A DNA stretch of 63,789 nucleotides, the filler included, from Chiloscyllium plagiosum (Eukaryota), in the NCBI RefSeq assembly GCF_004010195.1. It is 4 parts of one record of this genome, joined end to end, with 100 filler letters (N's around TTAATTAATTAA, not from the genome) between each part and the next. Parts side by side here need not be neighbours in the genome. Positions count along the whole stretch, not along the records: positions 14,021 to 42,740 come from NC_057710.1; 3 more parts are not named here. The stretch is one strand, 5' to 3'. The notes below the pieces were generated by a model. That model ran no database searches. It saw only the letters and a list, made by a program, of their open reading frames with translations, and was not told where the DNA came from. Made by a program: the position numbers and the translations under genes. Shown here in pieces: positions 24,839 to 37,139 of this stretch (within the stretch, counting starts at the first letter, position 1; every line of letters starts with the position of its first letter).

Positions 24839-26400
24839 ATAAAACAATGTCTACCGCTCTGCTCTCATCAATCTTTTTGGTTATTTTCCCAAAAAACTCA
24901 ATCACGTTTGTGAGGCATGATTTCCCACGCACAAAACCATGCTGACCATCCCTAATCAGTCCTTGCCTCTCCAAATGTATATAAATCCTATCTCTCAGAA
25001 TCCCCTCCAACAACTTACCCACCACTGATGTCAGACCCGCTGGTCGATAGTTCCAAAGATTTTCCATACAGCCTTTCTTAAATTAAGGCACAAACTTAGC
25101 CACCCTCCAGTCCTCAGGCACTTCATCCATGGCTGTAGATGATACAAATATTTCTGCTCGGGGCCCCGCAATTTCTCCCCTAGCTTCCCATAAGGTCCTG
25201 GAGTGCACTTGATGAGGTCTTGGAGATTTATCCACTTTTATGCTTTTTTTTATAACCCATAACGTCTACTCTTGTGAAATGCAGACTGTTTTAAAGACAT
25301 CAATATTTATTTCCCCAAGTTCCCTAGTCTTAATTTCTTTCTCCAAAATAAATGCTGACGCAAGATATTTGTTTAGTATCTCTCCCACCTCCTGCATTCC
25401 ACATATAGATGATCTTGTTGATCTTTAAGGGCCCTATTTACTCTATTGCTTTTTTGTTCTTAATGTATTTGTAGAATCTCTTTGAATTATCCTTAATCTT
25501 ATCTGCCAAGCCTATCCTGTATTGCCTTTATGCCCTCCTGATCTCCTCTTAAGACTTTCCCTACATCCCCTATACTCTTCAAGAGATTCACTGAGAGTCA
25601 TAGAGTCCTACAGCATGGAGACAGGCCCTTTTGCCCAAACTGGTCCATGCCGACCAAAATGTCCATCCACGATAACCCCATTTCCCTACACTTGACCAAT
25701 ATCCTTCTAATCTTTTCCTATTCATGTATTTGTTCAAATGCCTTTTAAATGTTGTTAAAGTACCCGCCTCAACCACTTCTACTGGCAGCTCATTCCATAT
25801 ACCATCCAGTTGTCTATATCTGATATATGCTCCTTTTTATTCTTAGAGACAAAAGAAACTGTAGATACTGGAATCTGAGGTAGACAAACAGGAGGCTGGA
25901 AGAATACAGCAAGCCAGGCAGCATCAAATGGTGGAGAAGTCAACATTTCAGGTTACAACTGAAATATTCACTTCTTCACCTCCTTTTGCTGCCTGGCCTG
26001 CTTTGTCCTTCTTATTCTTGACCAGAGCCTCAATATCTTTATTTATCCTTTGTTCGCTACTCCTACCAGTTCTACCATTCACTTGAAAAGGAACATACTG
26101 CCTCTAAACTCTCATTATCTGACTTTTGATAGCCTCCCATCCCTTTACCTGCAATCTGTCTACTCCAGTCAAACTTTGAAAATTCCTGCCTCATACCATC
26201 AAAAGTGGCCTTACTCCAATTAAGAACTTTAACATTTAAACAGGACTATCCTTTTCCATTACTATTTTAACACTAATAGAGTTCTAATCACTGGTCCCAA
26301 AGTGCTTCCCCAGTAACATTTCAGTCACTTGCCTTGCCTTATTGTCCTAGATGAGGTGGAACATTTCGTTACGTCTTACCATCTTCCAAACATACTGAGG
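24839..26400 (-). mobile_element. CR1 ORF2 fragment with a nested CR1 tail (25592-25800) and PLE fold-back (25845-26011)
   Basis: NYRPAGLTSVVGKLLE...QHGFVRGKSCLTNVIEFF (RT N-terminal). Confidence 0.88.
25845..26011. mobile_element. Fold-back PLE terminal-repeat insertion
   Basis: Minus arm followed by plus arm, turning at about 25950 in the hammerhead stem II region; TSD ttattctt at 25837-25844 and 26012-26019. Confidence 0.75.
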
Positions 26401-26714
26401 GTATAAATACATGTGACGTACTGCACTCTGTCAAGAAGTTGCATCGTCACAACATCCTCAAATGCATCTCTGGCTGGGTAATAAAAGTTGGAATGGTCAG
26501 CGACATTCACACAGGACTAATAACTTCTGTGCAGACTGCAGGAAGATGCAGACTTCCATTGCTGGACACTCTTCACACGTATGCCATCACTGAGTGATGA
26601 ACTATTGGCTGGAGTCTTCATTGCCCCAACTAAAAAGCTCTGGCTTTTTGTTTACCTGGTATTTGTAGCTATTATTCTATAACAACAGGCCATCATATCC
26701 ATTGCAGAAAATGC

Positions 26715-26815
26715 ATAATAAAAATAGAAATTGCTGGAAAAGCTCAGCAGGTCTGTCAGCATCTGTAGAGAGAAATCAGAGTTAACGTTTTCGATCAAGA
26801 GATCTTTCCTCAGAA
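26715..26815 (-). mobile_element. Short PLE terminal-repeat insertion with hammerhead core
   Basis: Minus strand reads TT-CTGAGGA-AA-GATC-TCTT-GATC-GAAAACGTT-AA; 12-bp TSD tgcagaaaatgc at 26703-26714 and 26816-26827. Confidence 0.8.
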
Positions 26816-28327
26816 TGCAGAAAATGCTTAACATCTTTACAAAATGGATGCAAACACTTATTGACATTGGAATAGCAAATAACACCACTGTGCCCCCTTC
26901 AGTAATGGAGCGAAACAACACCTGCAATCGAGAACACTTCACATAATGCTTCATATGTTGCCTTGGGGAAGTTTGAGATGGACTGCTTATTTCTGTGGCT
27001 AAATGACATTGACTAGTGCTGTCCAGCCTGATCATGCAGGAACCCATTGAGGACCTAAATGAGACTCTGAGCTTTGCATTTCTTCAGAGGCAGCTATTGG
27101 TCATGTGGACATATACAACGGGGATCCCTCCACTGTAACCACAAAGAATATGTTAATATCTTGTCCCTTTTTTTGAATTACCCAGGAACTTGAGGAGCCT
27201 ATGTCTGCCCATTACTTTCTCCATTTGAGTTCTTGTATTTATCCTGATGAGTATAAAACGAAAAACATTTCTCTTTCTTTGTGCATTAATATTTCAGTTC
27301 TGTGCTACCAAGTGAACAGTTTGCATTTCTTAGTTTAAAAAATAACTTTAAATTTAGTGTCTACATGCTCTCAAAATGTATTGCCTCATATCTTTCCACA
27401 ATAAATTTATCTGCCTAATGTATGAACAAGCCATACTGATGTAGGTAGGAAATGTAACTCTTTAATCATGGCTGAGGCAAAACCTTGGGCAGATTAGATG
27501 CAAATTTGAAATTTCTCCAGCCAAGCTGTTGACTGGAAATTCTTGATGTTAACACTGTGCGACTGAAATAGAAAGTGTTCTATTCACATCACCACCACAA
27601 TGAGGTCATTTGAGAGGTGTAAATAAAATAACAGCAAGGGGAAAATTAATTATTTTACCTAAGAGGCATTGTGTGGCTCTTTTTCATATAGATCAGCATG
27701 CATTGACCAGACTGCTCCTTTGCTTATGTTCACATTGCTTCTATTTAGGTTAGGTCACATGAAGTGACTTCTTCTATTGACATCAGTTTTAGGCTGATGC
27801 CTCTCTTAAAAGGAAATAAATTGTTATCAGCAGCATTAGGCTACTGTTTCTGCTCAGCCGATCCTTCCAGTCAGCTGCAGGTGCTGTCACTTGTCAAAGC
27901 TTTTATTTCGCTCCCTTCAGCCAGACATAGTAAATTGATTAAAATGGGTTAAGAGGCAGAATGCAAGAGAGAGCCTTTTCCTTATTCATCACAAGTTACC
28001 CCTCGTCAAGGAAGAAAGGTCTTGGATTTGTTGTCAGCAATATTGAAAATCTCTGTACTTACTCAGACAAAACAGGACAAGCTCCTTTGGAATATCTTAT
28101 CTTGAAAATTAAATTTTAAAAACAATATACCTTCTTCTCCTCCCGCAAGTCTCGAAGAATATGTGGAAAGGGTGAGATGGAATAGCATGGGAAAAATAAA
28201 CATCAGATCAGATTAGTTGCGTCGAATACCCAGGTTTTGTGCTATGTATTCTGTATAATTTACCTCTGGCTACCAGTTCTACGTTCCTATTTTATACTGA
28301 ACTCAGTCAGAACATAGGAGCTTAAGG

Positions 28328-28660
28328 ATTCATGGGATGTGGGCATCATCAGTTAGGCCAGCATTTATTTCCCAGCCCTAACTGCCCAGAGGGCAATTAA
28401 GAGTCAATCACTTTTCTGTGAATCTGGAGTCACATTTAGACTAGACCTGGTAAGGATAGAAGATTTCCTTTCTGAAAGTAAACCAGATGGATTTTTTTTT
28501 TTGGCAATGGTTGCATGGTCGTAATTAAATTTGCATTTACAGATTGTTGTTGAATTCAAATTCCAACATCTGCCATGATCAGATTTGAACTCAGGTCCCT
28601 AGAATATTATCTGGATCTGTGGATTAATAGTGCAGTGATATACCAGTACACCATTGCCTA
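28328..28660 (-). mobile_element. tRNA-derived SINE sharing its 3' tail with LINE family B
   Basis: attcatgggatgtgggc...ggccagcatttatt is the reverse complement of the tail; homologous to 32158-32492. Confidence 0.75.
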
Positions 28661-30230
28661 CCCTATATTTCAAGCTTATTTTACTGTTTATTTCCAGCTT
28701 TGTATATATTCTATGTTTCACACCAACACCCCCACCTCCACCATCACCACAACCATAGCTCTCAATGATTTGGAAAGGAAATATTCTCTCAGCAAGCCCC
28801 TGCAAAGCCCCCCAAAAATTGTATACTTTTCAATAAGATCTCCTCTTGTTCTTTTAAAGTTTAATTAACATGGGCCCAACCTGCTCAACCATTCCCCATA
28901 CAACAACAACACCTTCTTCCAAGTGTCACATCTGACTCAGGTAGAATGTTGGATTCTTGAAGTCATCACAAAAATAAAAAAAATTATCAAAGTATGTCAA
29001 TCTACCTGTCTGATAGACTCAGGTTAACAGAAGACATGGGCAGAAAAGGCCCTTTGGCCCTTCTAGCCTGCACTGACATTTATGAAACATCTAATCTTCA
29101 ACTCAATCCCATTGTACTTTAATTGTCCTTATAGCGATTGGAGTAAGAGTGGAACTTAGCAATGTCTCATGACTTTAATCTCTGGGCACCTAAGTGAGGA
29201 GGACCAGCTTTGAAAATGAAGTTCTCCTATGATTACATACCTTGCCAAAGCTGTCTGCAGGAATACTTAGTTGAACTTTGGCAAACTGTTGCTGTCTTTA
29301 GAATTTTCCTCAGCATGAGGCGAGAGAAAGAAAGAATGCTGCCAGATGATAATTCCCTCATTAAGCCATCACATGACATATTGGTGTGTTTTCTAACCAA
29401 ACGCTGTTGCTGTTCAGTTATTTTCATTTTATTCCAGACAACTACATTACACAGCAGGCCTAACATATGGTAGTGGGAATGTAGTGTGGATTTACATCCA
29501 CAGAATAGTTTAAGGGCTGGAAATGAACCATAGTGGTTTTAACTTCATCATTTATGAATTGACTCTATGCTGCAAGTCACATTGTGGCCCTGGTGTGAGA
29601 AATGGTTGACACTCAGATGCAATTTTCTGGCAGATACCATGTGTTAAAGCTTCAACATCTGTTTAGCTCAAGCCACAAATAATTGGAAAACATCAAACGA
29701 TTATGTAACTTCTTCGAGGTGCAATAAAAAAAATCATCTTGCTTGATTCCTTATGACGTACTTCGATCCGTTGCAAGTTTAAACCTATCAAAACAAACCC
29801 TTGTTGAAGGTTTCTTATGGCTTCACTGGACAAAACAAATGTTTCCCAATATTTCCATAGCACAGTAAAAGAGCATGTTAAGCATTTCACATGGCTGGTG
29901 ATCAAGGATGCTATAGAACTCTCCAGGGTGTTTCCACAGCTGTGTTAGCATCAGTCTAGCTGGCCATTCTGTGCCTGTAATGAATTCACTTATTGATTTT
30001 TACACTCCAATTTCCGTCTCCTCTCCGGCGGTCCTGTCTCATGATTAGAAAAGGTTCTATAGTCATCAGCAGCCCTCAATCAAAATTGAGCTGAATCACC
30101 GATCACTTGTTCACCTTTTCCTTCACCCTCTAATTAATAGGAGACAAAGACCCCGATTTTGTTTTGAAAATTACAGTTCCAGTGCTTAAAGAACCATGCC
30201 AATTGGAACTCTTAGATCCAGTACCAATTT

Positions 30231-30394
30231 AGGAGAAAGTGAGGACTGCAGATGCTGGGGATCAGAGCTGAAAATGTGTTGCTGGAAAAGGGCATGAGCC
30301 CTTCAGGAAGAAGGGCTCATACCCGAAATGTCGATTCTCCTGCTCCTTGGATGCTGCCTGACCTGCTGTGCTTTTCCAGCAACACATTTTCACC
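30231..30394. mobile_element. Fold-back PLE terminal-repeat insertion
   Basis: Minus arm aggagaaagtgaggactgcag... turns at the hammerhead (about 30290-30310) into a plus arm; 15-bp TSD tccagtaccaattta at 30217-30231 and 30395-30409. Confidence 0.88.
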
Positions 30395-30422
30395 TCCAGT
30401 ACCAATTTACCCAATTTAGAGG

Positions 30423-30607
30423 CATAGAGTCATAGAGATGTACAGCATGGAAATAGACCCTTCGGTCCAACACGTCCATGCCGACCAGATATCCCAACCC
30501 AATCTAGTCCCACCTGCTAGCACCCAGCCCATATCCCTCCAAACCCTTCTTACTTATATACCCATCCAAATGCCTCTTAAATGTTGCAATTGTACCAGCC
30601 TCCACCA
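30423..30607 (-). mobile_element. CR1 3' tail
   Basis: catagagtcatagagatgtacagcatgg...; same subfamily as 61709. Confidence 0.88.
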
Positions 30608-31489
30608 TGTGTAACCAGGAAAGAACCACTCTCCCATCTTGGAAGGCAGTGCAGTGGGGATGTAGGCAGATTCACAATCCTAATTTCCACTACTAGCAAC
30701 TAACTTCTAATTTCTGTCAGAATGTGCATCACTTAAACATTTTAGCCTTAAAGGTACAGGTCGCATTAATGGGAGCTTTTCCTTTGCAGTACAATGACAC
30801 TTGATGTTGAGCAATAATGTAGAAATATGACAGTGGTTCAGTTGCCTGTTAAACACCTCACCAGATTTTCATTTATATTTACGTCAATTGGAAGTAAAAC
30901 ATGGATCAGTATTTCAGAGGTGCCCCAGGCAAAATCACTCAACAAAGACTGAAACCCCAAAATAAATGATTTGGAGAAGGTTTCCACAAACTCCGAAATT
31001 GCAAACATGGCTTGGCATTGTGCTACAATTTGTTTAAGTGCTGCTGCTCAGTGAGATTTTCCAAAAACATTCCATGTGCATGCAGACTACCAAGCTACCA
31101 TCCAGTGCCACCGATTTGTCACACTGATTGTCCAGCACAGAGTATTAAATGTGCAAACATTTCCAAAATACTGCAAGAGTAGATACAAGTATGATGTTTC
31201 TACTGGTTGGAAATCGAGAACCAGAGAACAGAATTTCAAAGTAAAGGGGACGTTCCTTTGGTCTGAAATGACGAAACTGAATTTCAACCAGAGGGTTCTG
31301 ATTGTTTGCAATTCTCTTAATCCAGAAGGTTGTGCAGGCTCAGTCATTGATTAGATTTAAAGCAATAGTTGACAGATTTGTAAATATCAATGATATAAAG
31401 GGATGTGTAGGAAAAAGGTGTTGAAGTGGATGATTAAGCATGACTGTATTGAATGGTGGAGCCAGCTGAATGGCTTCCTTTTCTATTTG

Positions 31490-31805
31490 TTCATGTGATA
31501 TGGGTGTCACTGGATAGGTGATTATTTATTGTCCATCTGCAATTGCCCATGGGAAAGTTAAGAGTCAGCCCCATTAGACATGTAGGCCAAACCAAATAAA
31601 AATTCCTTTCCGAAAGGACATCAGTGAAACAGATGAGTATTTTTTAACAACAATTGACAATCAGCACCCCCAGGTCATAATTGGGTTGAATTTTTTAAGT
31701 GTAGATTTTTATTCAATTCAGGTTTCACCATCTCTCCTGATCGTGAACCAATATTAGCTTGAGGGTCTCTAAATTAGTATTCCAGAGATGTTGCAACGAT
31801 ACCAC
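31490..31805 (-). mobile_element. tRNA-derived SINE (family of 32158-32492)
   Basis: ttcatgtgatatgggtgtcactgg...aaggacatcagtgaa motifs. Confidence 0.65.
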
Positions 31806-32157
31806 CCTACCTTTCCTGTTCATTTGCTCAATATGCTATTGAGAATAGTAGAAATAAAGCTTTTATTTTCAGTCCCGCAGCAAACTCTACCAGTATTGGA
31901 AATGTGAAGATTGATGCTATGTTAAGATCGGTGATATTGAGAATTTGGGAATGGCAGATATTGCTATGACCAAGAAGTCAGATGTCAACTCGTCCAGGAA
32001 TCATATGTTATCCCTTATTGACAATAGTTTGACTTACAGGCTGTACTAATTACATCTTCCTCAGCTGTATTTATCTCGTACTTTTCACTACTCCAGGACA
32101 TCCTAAAATGCTTTCGAGCAAATGTAGTATTTTTGAAGAGCATACAATTTATACAGA

Positions 32158-32492
32158 GAGAGGCGATTGCCTAGTGGTATTAAATGCTGGACTGTTAATC
32201 CAGAGACCCAGATAATGTTTTGGGGAGCTGGGTTCCAGTCCTGCCATGGTGAATTGAATTTAATTCAACACAAATCTGGTATTAAATGTCTAATGATAAT
32301 TGTAAATTCATTTCTGATTGTCAGAAAAACCCATCGACTCACTAATGTCCTTCAGGGAAGGAAACTGCCATTCTTACCTGATCTGGCCTATATGTGACTT
32401 CAGACCCACAGCATTGTTGTTGACTTTTAACTGCCCTCTGGGAAATAAATGTTAGCCTAGCTAGAGATGTCCATGTCCTGTGAATGAATAAA
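32158..32492 (+). mobile_element. tRNA-derived SINE with LINE-family-B 3' tail
   Basis: A-box-like tgcctagtgg, B-box-like gggttccagtcc; ends aaataaatgttagcc...cctgtgaatgaataaaa. Confidence 0.75.
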
Positions 32493-32574
32493 AGCAAAAG
32501 CAATGAGATAAATATCAGAGGTAAATATTGGCCACCAGACCAATTCTTCTTTTACATTCACCAGACAGGACAGA

Positions 32575-32748
32575 CAGAACATCATTTTAAAATCTTATCT
32601 GATAGGAAAGCACCCCTGGCAGTGCTACAGCCCCTCATCACAGCAATGAAATACCAACCTAGATTATATACTTAACTTTCTGAAGTAGGTATTGAACCAC
32701 CATGGAGTTTAGAGACAAGTGTGTGTTACCACTGAGCCATGGCTGAGA
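32575..32748 (-). mobile_element. Decayed Deu-like SINE 5' part
   Basis: Minus strand begins tcagccatggctcagtggtaac (A box) and includes ataatctaggtt; homologous to 1790-1900. Confidence 0.55.
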
Positions 32749-33517
32749 CCTTCAAATAACATCTTAGTGGTCTGTGGTTTAAGCTATAGGTTGATAACAG
32801 GTTTTGTAAACAGCGAATGAATGAAGCAAACATTTTAAAATAAAGGTTTACATAAATTCTAGGCTTTGCTTTCCCTGTTTGAAAGTTAAAAGGTAACTGA
32901 ACAGCCTGATTAGCTGTGCTCAACTAAATCTTAACACAAAAAATAAAATATCGCAGATGCAGAATATCTGGAATAAAAATATGAAAAACACTGAAAATAC
33001 TCAGTAAGTCTGGCAGCAGGAAAGCAAAGGTCAAGGAGGCAGGTCTGTGATTGGGTGGATGGCAGTAGAGATACAATCACAAATTTTAATAATTGCCATA
33101 GTCTTACTAGACCATAGGTGGTGGTTTAGCCTGAGGGTCCCCACGTCTCAGGCAAGGGGAGAGGTTGAGAAGAAGAATTCGTCAGGCGAGGCAGGAATTG
33201 AACCAATAACAAATATATGATGTAAAGATATAACCAGAATTATTTTTTTCTGTGAGATTAGATGTGGAAATTGACAGAGAAGCAGGAGGACTTTTGCTTG
33301 GGGGTGGGTTATGTTTTCCTGCTCGATTGTATTCTTCTCAGTTCAAGATATGCCATATTTTCTGAGTAAAACGATCTGAAGCCCACTGAGACAATCACCC
33401 AATGCTGTATTTAAGATGCATCCAGACAGCACTTCATTGTCTGCAACCCAAGAGTGTCATTTAATCTCTGTTTATCACCCCCACTCATTCCTGGAGATAT
33501 CAGAGACCTGCCAACAA

Positions 33518-33712
33518 GCAGCACCATGCTTTAGTGATGCCTTCCTACAGGATGTTCCGAAGGCCATCCAGGAGAGAAGGGAAGTGCTTTTTCTAAGGGT
33601 GGGCAATGAGGCGCCATCCTGACTGACAAAAGCAGTTTGACAGCGGTGGCTATGGAAGGTCAGCACCTATAGGAAGGCCAAGAGAATGAATGATCTGCTG
33701 TGTGCTGCAAGG
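33518..33712 (+). pseudogene. Relic Myb/SANT-like DNA-binding ORF, probably from a PIF/Harbinger transposon
   Basis: AAPCFSDAFLQDVPKAIQERREVLF...PS*LTKAV*...VAME-VS...KRMNDL, with stops and frameshifts; fits the Myb_DNA-bind_5 pattern F-S..E...L-F...K..W..VA..V...KR.NDL. Confidence 0.55.
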
Positions 33713-34008
33713 CTATGTACTACTGTCTACTGCATCTATCATGCTCCAATTAAGGGGAATCAGCATTGGGAGGTTGTCACTGCAATAGGTGGCCATTTGA
33801 GTTGAACCCTATTTGTTTGCTGCTGTCAGGTTTGCTGGTTTCAGTCAGTGTGGTTGTCTTGCTTTGGCAGGCTTCTTGGCCTAATGCTGTTTAACAATAC
33901 TGAGCCAGATTGTGTGTATGACTGAGACTTCACAGGAGCTGATCCCCATGGGGAGCTGTCACCCCCAACACTGTTAGTGTCTGCTGAAAAAAATGGCTTA
34001 GTAATGTA

Positions 34009-34208
34009 GGAAAAGCGCAGCAGGTCAGGCAGCATCCAAGGAGCAGGAGAATCGACGTTTCGGGCACAAGCCCTTCTTCAGGAATGCTGAAGAAGGGCTT
34101 ATGCCCGAAACGTCGATTCTCCTGCTCCTTTGATGCTGCCTGACCTGCTGTGCTTTTCCAGCAACACATTTTTCAGCTCTGATCTCCAGCATCTGCAGTC
34201 CTCACTTT
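34009..34208. mobile_element. Fold-back PLE insertion with two back-to-back hammerhead cores
   Basis: Arms 34009-34081 and 34087-34159 are near-perfect reverse complements with a 5-nt spacer; TSD cttagtaatgtagga (33997-34011) / cttaataatgcagga (34211-34225). Confidence 0.9.
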
Positions 34209-34847
34209 ATCTTAATAATGCAGGAGCCAAATAAATGAAACATTTTATGCTGACTGAATTTCGGAGGCAGACGTCTATCCCATAAAGTACATGCTTCATG
34301 TAGTTCATTTTTGAACAGACATGTTTCTCACTTTTTGCTAACAAAGTGAAGACTGTGAACGTAATTCCGGTGGGTTGGTGTGTTCGTAAGTATTCATGAC
34401 ACACTAATGAATGCAAAGCAGGTTTCTGACCAAGAAACTCTATTCACCTGAAAATGTCTGGGGACATAACAGCAAAGATTTAACTCACCGTTGGGAAATT
34501 GATTTCCTACCTGCTGCCAAATGAAGTTTTTCCACATGCTTTTTCTAAAAACTCCCAGAAAATTCCTTCCCATACATTTTTATGGAATTAATTATCTTTT
34601 GTGATAGGATCTTTGAGTTTCATATCTTGTTTAATCACTGTAAGACACTCCACACTTCCTGGGGCTGCCTCTGAGCTTTGCCCAGTGTTGAAGTCGGTGC
34701 AAGGACAAAGGAAGTAGTAATGGGACAAGAAAGAAACAAAACCTGTGAGCAGAGGGAAGTGTGAATAGAGAGTTGCTGAGTAGCTGCCCTCCGAAGCATA
34801 AGAGAGGGAAATAAAACAGAAGCAAGAGAGAGGCAAAGAAAGCAGCA

Positions 34848-35555
34848 AAACCAAAATTGGTGATATTGTTGATAGTGAGGAGAATGGTCTCAGGCTAGAG
34901 TCTGGTAAATTGGACAGAGCGATGGCAGATAGAATATAACCATGGTAAGTGTAAGGTGTGACATTTTAGAAGATGTAATAAGGAAAGGATGTGCACAATG
35001 ACTTGTAGGATCTAGGCACAAAGAAGTCTTGTTATAATTTTGTAAAACATTAGTTAGGCCACAGTTGGAGTGCTGTGTGCAGTTCTGGTTGCCACACCAT
35101 CAGAAGGATGTGATTGGATTGGAGCGGGGCAGAGGAAATTTACCAGGATATTGCCTGGAATGAAAAGTCTCAGTTATGAGGAGAGACTGGACAGGCTGGG
35201 TTTGTTTTCCTCGAAGCAGAGAAGGCTGAGGGGGAATCTGTTTGAAATTTACAAAGTTTGGAGAGGCATAGACAGTGTAGATTGTGAGCATCTCATTCCC
35301 ATTGCGATCTTAAGTTTAAGGTAAGAAGCAAATGGTTTAGAAGAGATCTGAGAACAAATATTTCACCCACAGGGTGGTAGAAAAATGGGATGTGCTGCCT
35401 GAGATGGTCCTGGAGCACTTAAAATGCCAGAGCACATTAAGCTAGTGGACCAATCAGATAAATGAGATTAGGGTAGTTTGGTGTTTGTTGGTCGGCATAG
35501 ATATGGTGGGCTGAAGGGCCTGTTTCTATGCTGTATAACTCTATCACCCTATGAC
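34848..35555 (+). mobile_element. CR1-type LINE 3' part
   Basis: QRKFTRILPGMKSLSYEERLDRLGLFS; tail gggctgaagggcctgtttctatgctg. Confidence 0.88.
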
Positions 35556-35559
35556 TTGA

Positions 35560-35945
35560 AATGAAGCAAAATGGAGGCAGAGGCTACAATCTGAAATTAG
35601 ACTCATTGTTGAATTCAGAAGGCTATGAATGTTGGGTTGATTTTCATTGAAGCACTTCAAAGATCAAAAGTGCCAATAAATAGGAGAATTAAAACAACAG
35701 GCTGCTCAGAGCTCAGGATCATACTAGTGGACTGAAAGAAGATGTTCTGAAAAGCACTCACCCAATCTGCATTTACTATCCCCAGTGTAGAGAAGCCCAT
35801 CCTGCATAAGCAGCAAGTTCAGTATACTAAATTGAATGAAGTGCAAGCAAATTGCTGTTTCACCTGGTTGAAGTGTTTGGGGCCTTTGAACACTGAGAAA
35901 GAAGGAGGATAAAATGATAGTTGTTGCATCCCTTGTGTTTGCCTG
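35560..35945 (-). mobile_element. Old PLE GIY-YIG endonuclease fragment
   Basis: FKGPKHFNQVKQQFACTSFNLVY and LYTGDSKCRLGECFSEHL. Confidence 0.75.
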
Positions 35946-37139
35946 AATATCAACCTTGGTCGTTGCAGACTTTTCATACAATTTGTCTCCCATGGTTTCC
36001 AATTGAACAAATAAGCTCAGGAACACATTTCAAATTTGACTTGGATAAGGCAAGTCTAAATGCTTTGCATGAACTTAGATGAGCTCCCAGTTGAACTTAT
36101 TTGTAAAGAAATCTCATGAAATATTTTAAAGATTTGTCTCTGAGTGATCCAGTGTTTGCATTCGGGGCTTACGGTTCAAAACAAGTGAAATCAGTCTGAT
36201 AATACCAAACTCAGTGTGATAATACCAAATGTAATATGACACAATAAAAGAAACAAAAATGCATTTTTAGCCAGATTAATTCCACAAAGATAAATGCCAA
36301 TGAGCAAAATCATACAGTCCATTTAGTTCATTCCCTTATGTAGAACCCAATTTAGCAATCCTAATAGAATCTCAGAATAGTTCAGTGATTTACCTTGCAC
36401 TGGACCTTCATTATGTTTCTTCATTGGCCAAACATAATTAATTGTGATCATTGGGGTTTTAGTTGAGCAACTACCACAGAAATGGTGAAACCAGGAGAAG
36501 AAGAAGAAGAGACATAATTGTTTAGCTTGGCACCTCTTAACAATAGGGCTGAGTTTCATCAGAAATGGCTAGGTGCCAATTTTGTCAAGTTTCATAGAGG
36601 GTTTCTCTTTGTGAGCTCTGGCAGGTTTTTTAATGCTAACTTTCCAAACTCACCCGATTATCTTCACAGTATACAGTATGACACCTGTATGGCTGCCCGG
36701 TCATTGTACTGTCCAACTTTCCACAGATGGAACTATGTTGGACTTCCAGAGATTCCTGGCATCTTTAAAGACCAGCCATGTACCCGATCAAGCACCAGTA
36801 GTCCGTAGTGCTCTGCTCGGATGCTGTCAATTGCCCCGACATGTCAGGCAGACAGAAACTGGCACCAGGCTTTGTCAATGGACACTTGGAGGTCCTGGTG
36901 GATGTCGAGTGTACGCAGTCACTGCTGGTGGAGCATGGCCTGAGATTTTGGTGACTGGTGCTGAGGTTCATGTACAGAAGAGCAAATGATGAGTCAGAGT
37001 TGCTAGGTTACTGCTCTGACTTCCATGTGAGGAATTGTCACCATCTGGCTTCAATCCAGCAGGTGGGAGAATGGGAAACTGGATATAAATAAGATGAAAA
37101 GATTTAATAGTGTAATGTTAATGCATGCAAAAAGGCCTC

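Noticed and set aside
27242..27270. Additional hammerhead-like CTGATGAG...CGAAA
   Set aside because: Stem II is only 2 bp and there is no valid stem III or cleavage triplet; at best a remnant of an old PLE.
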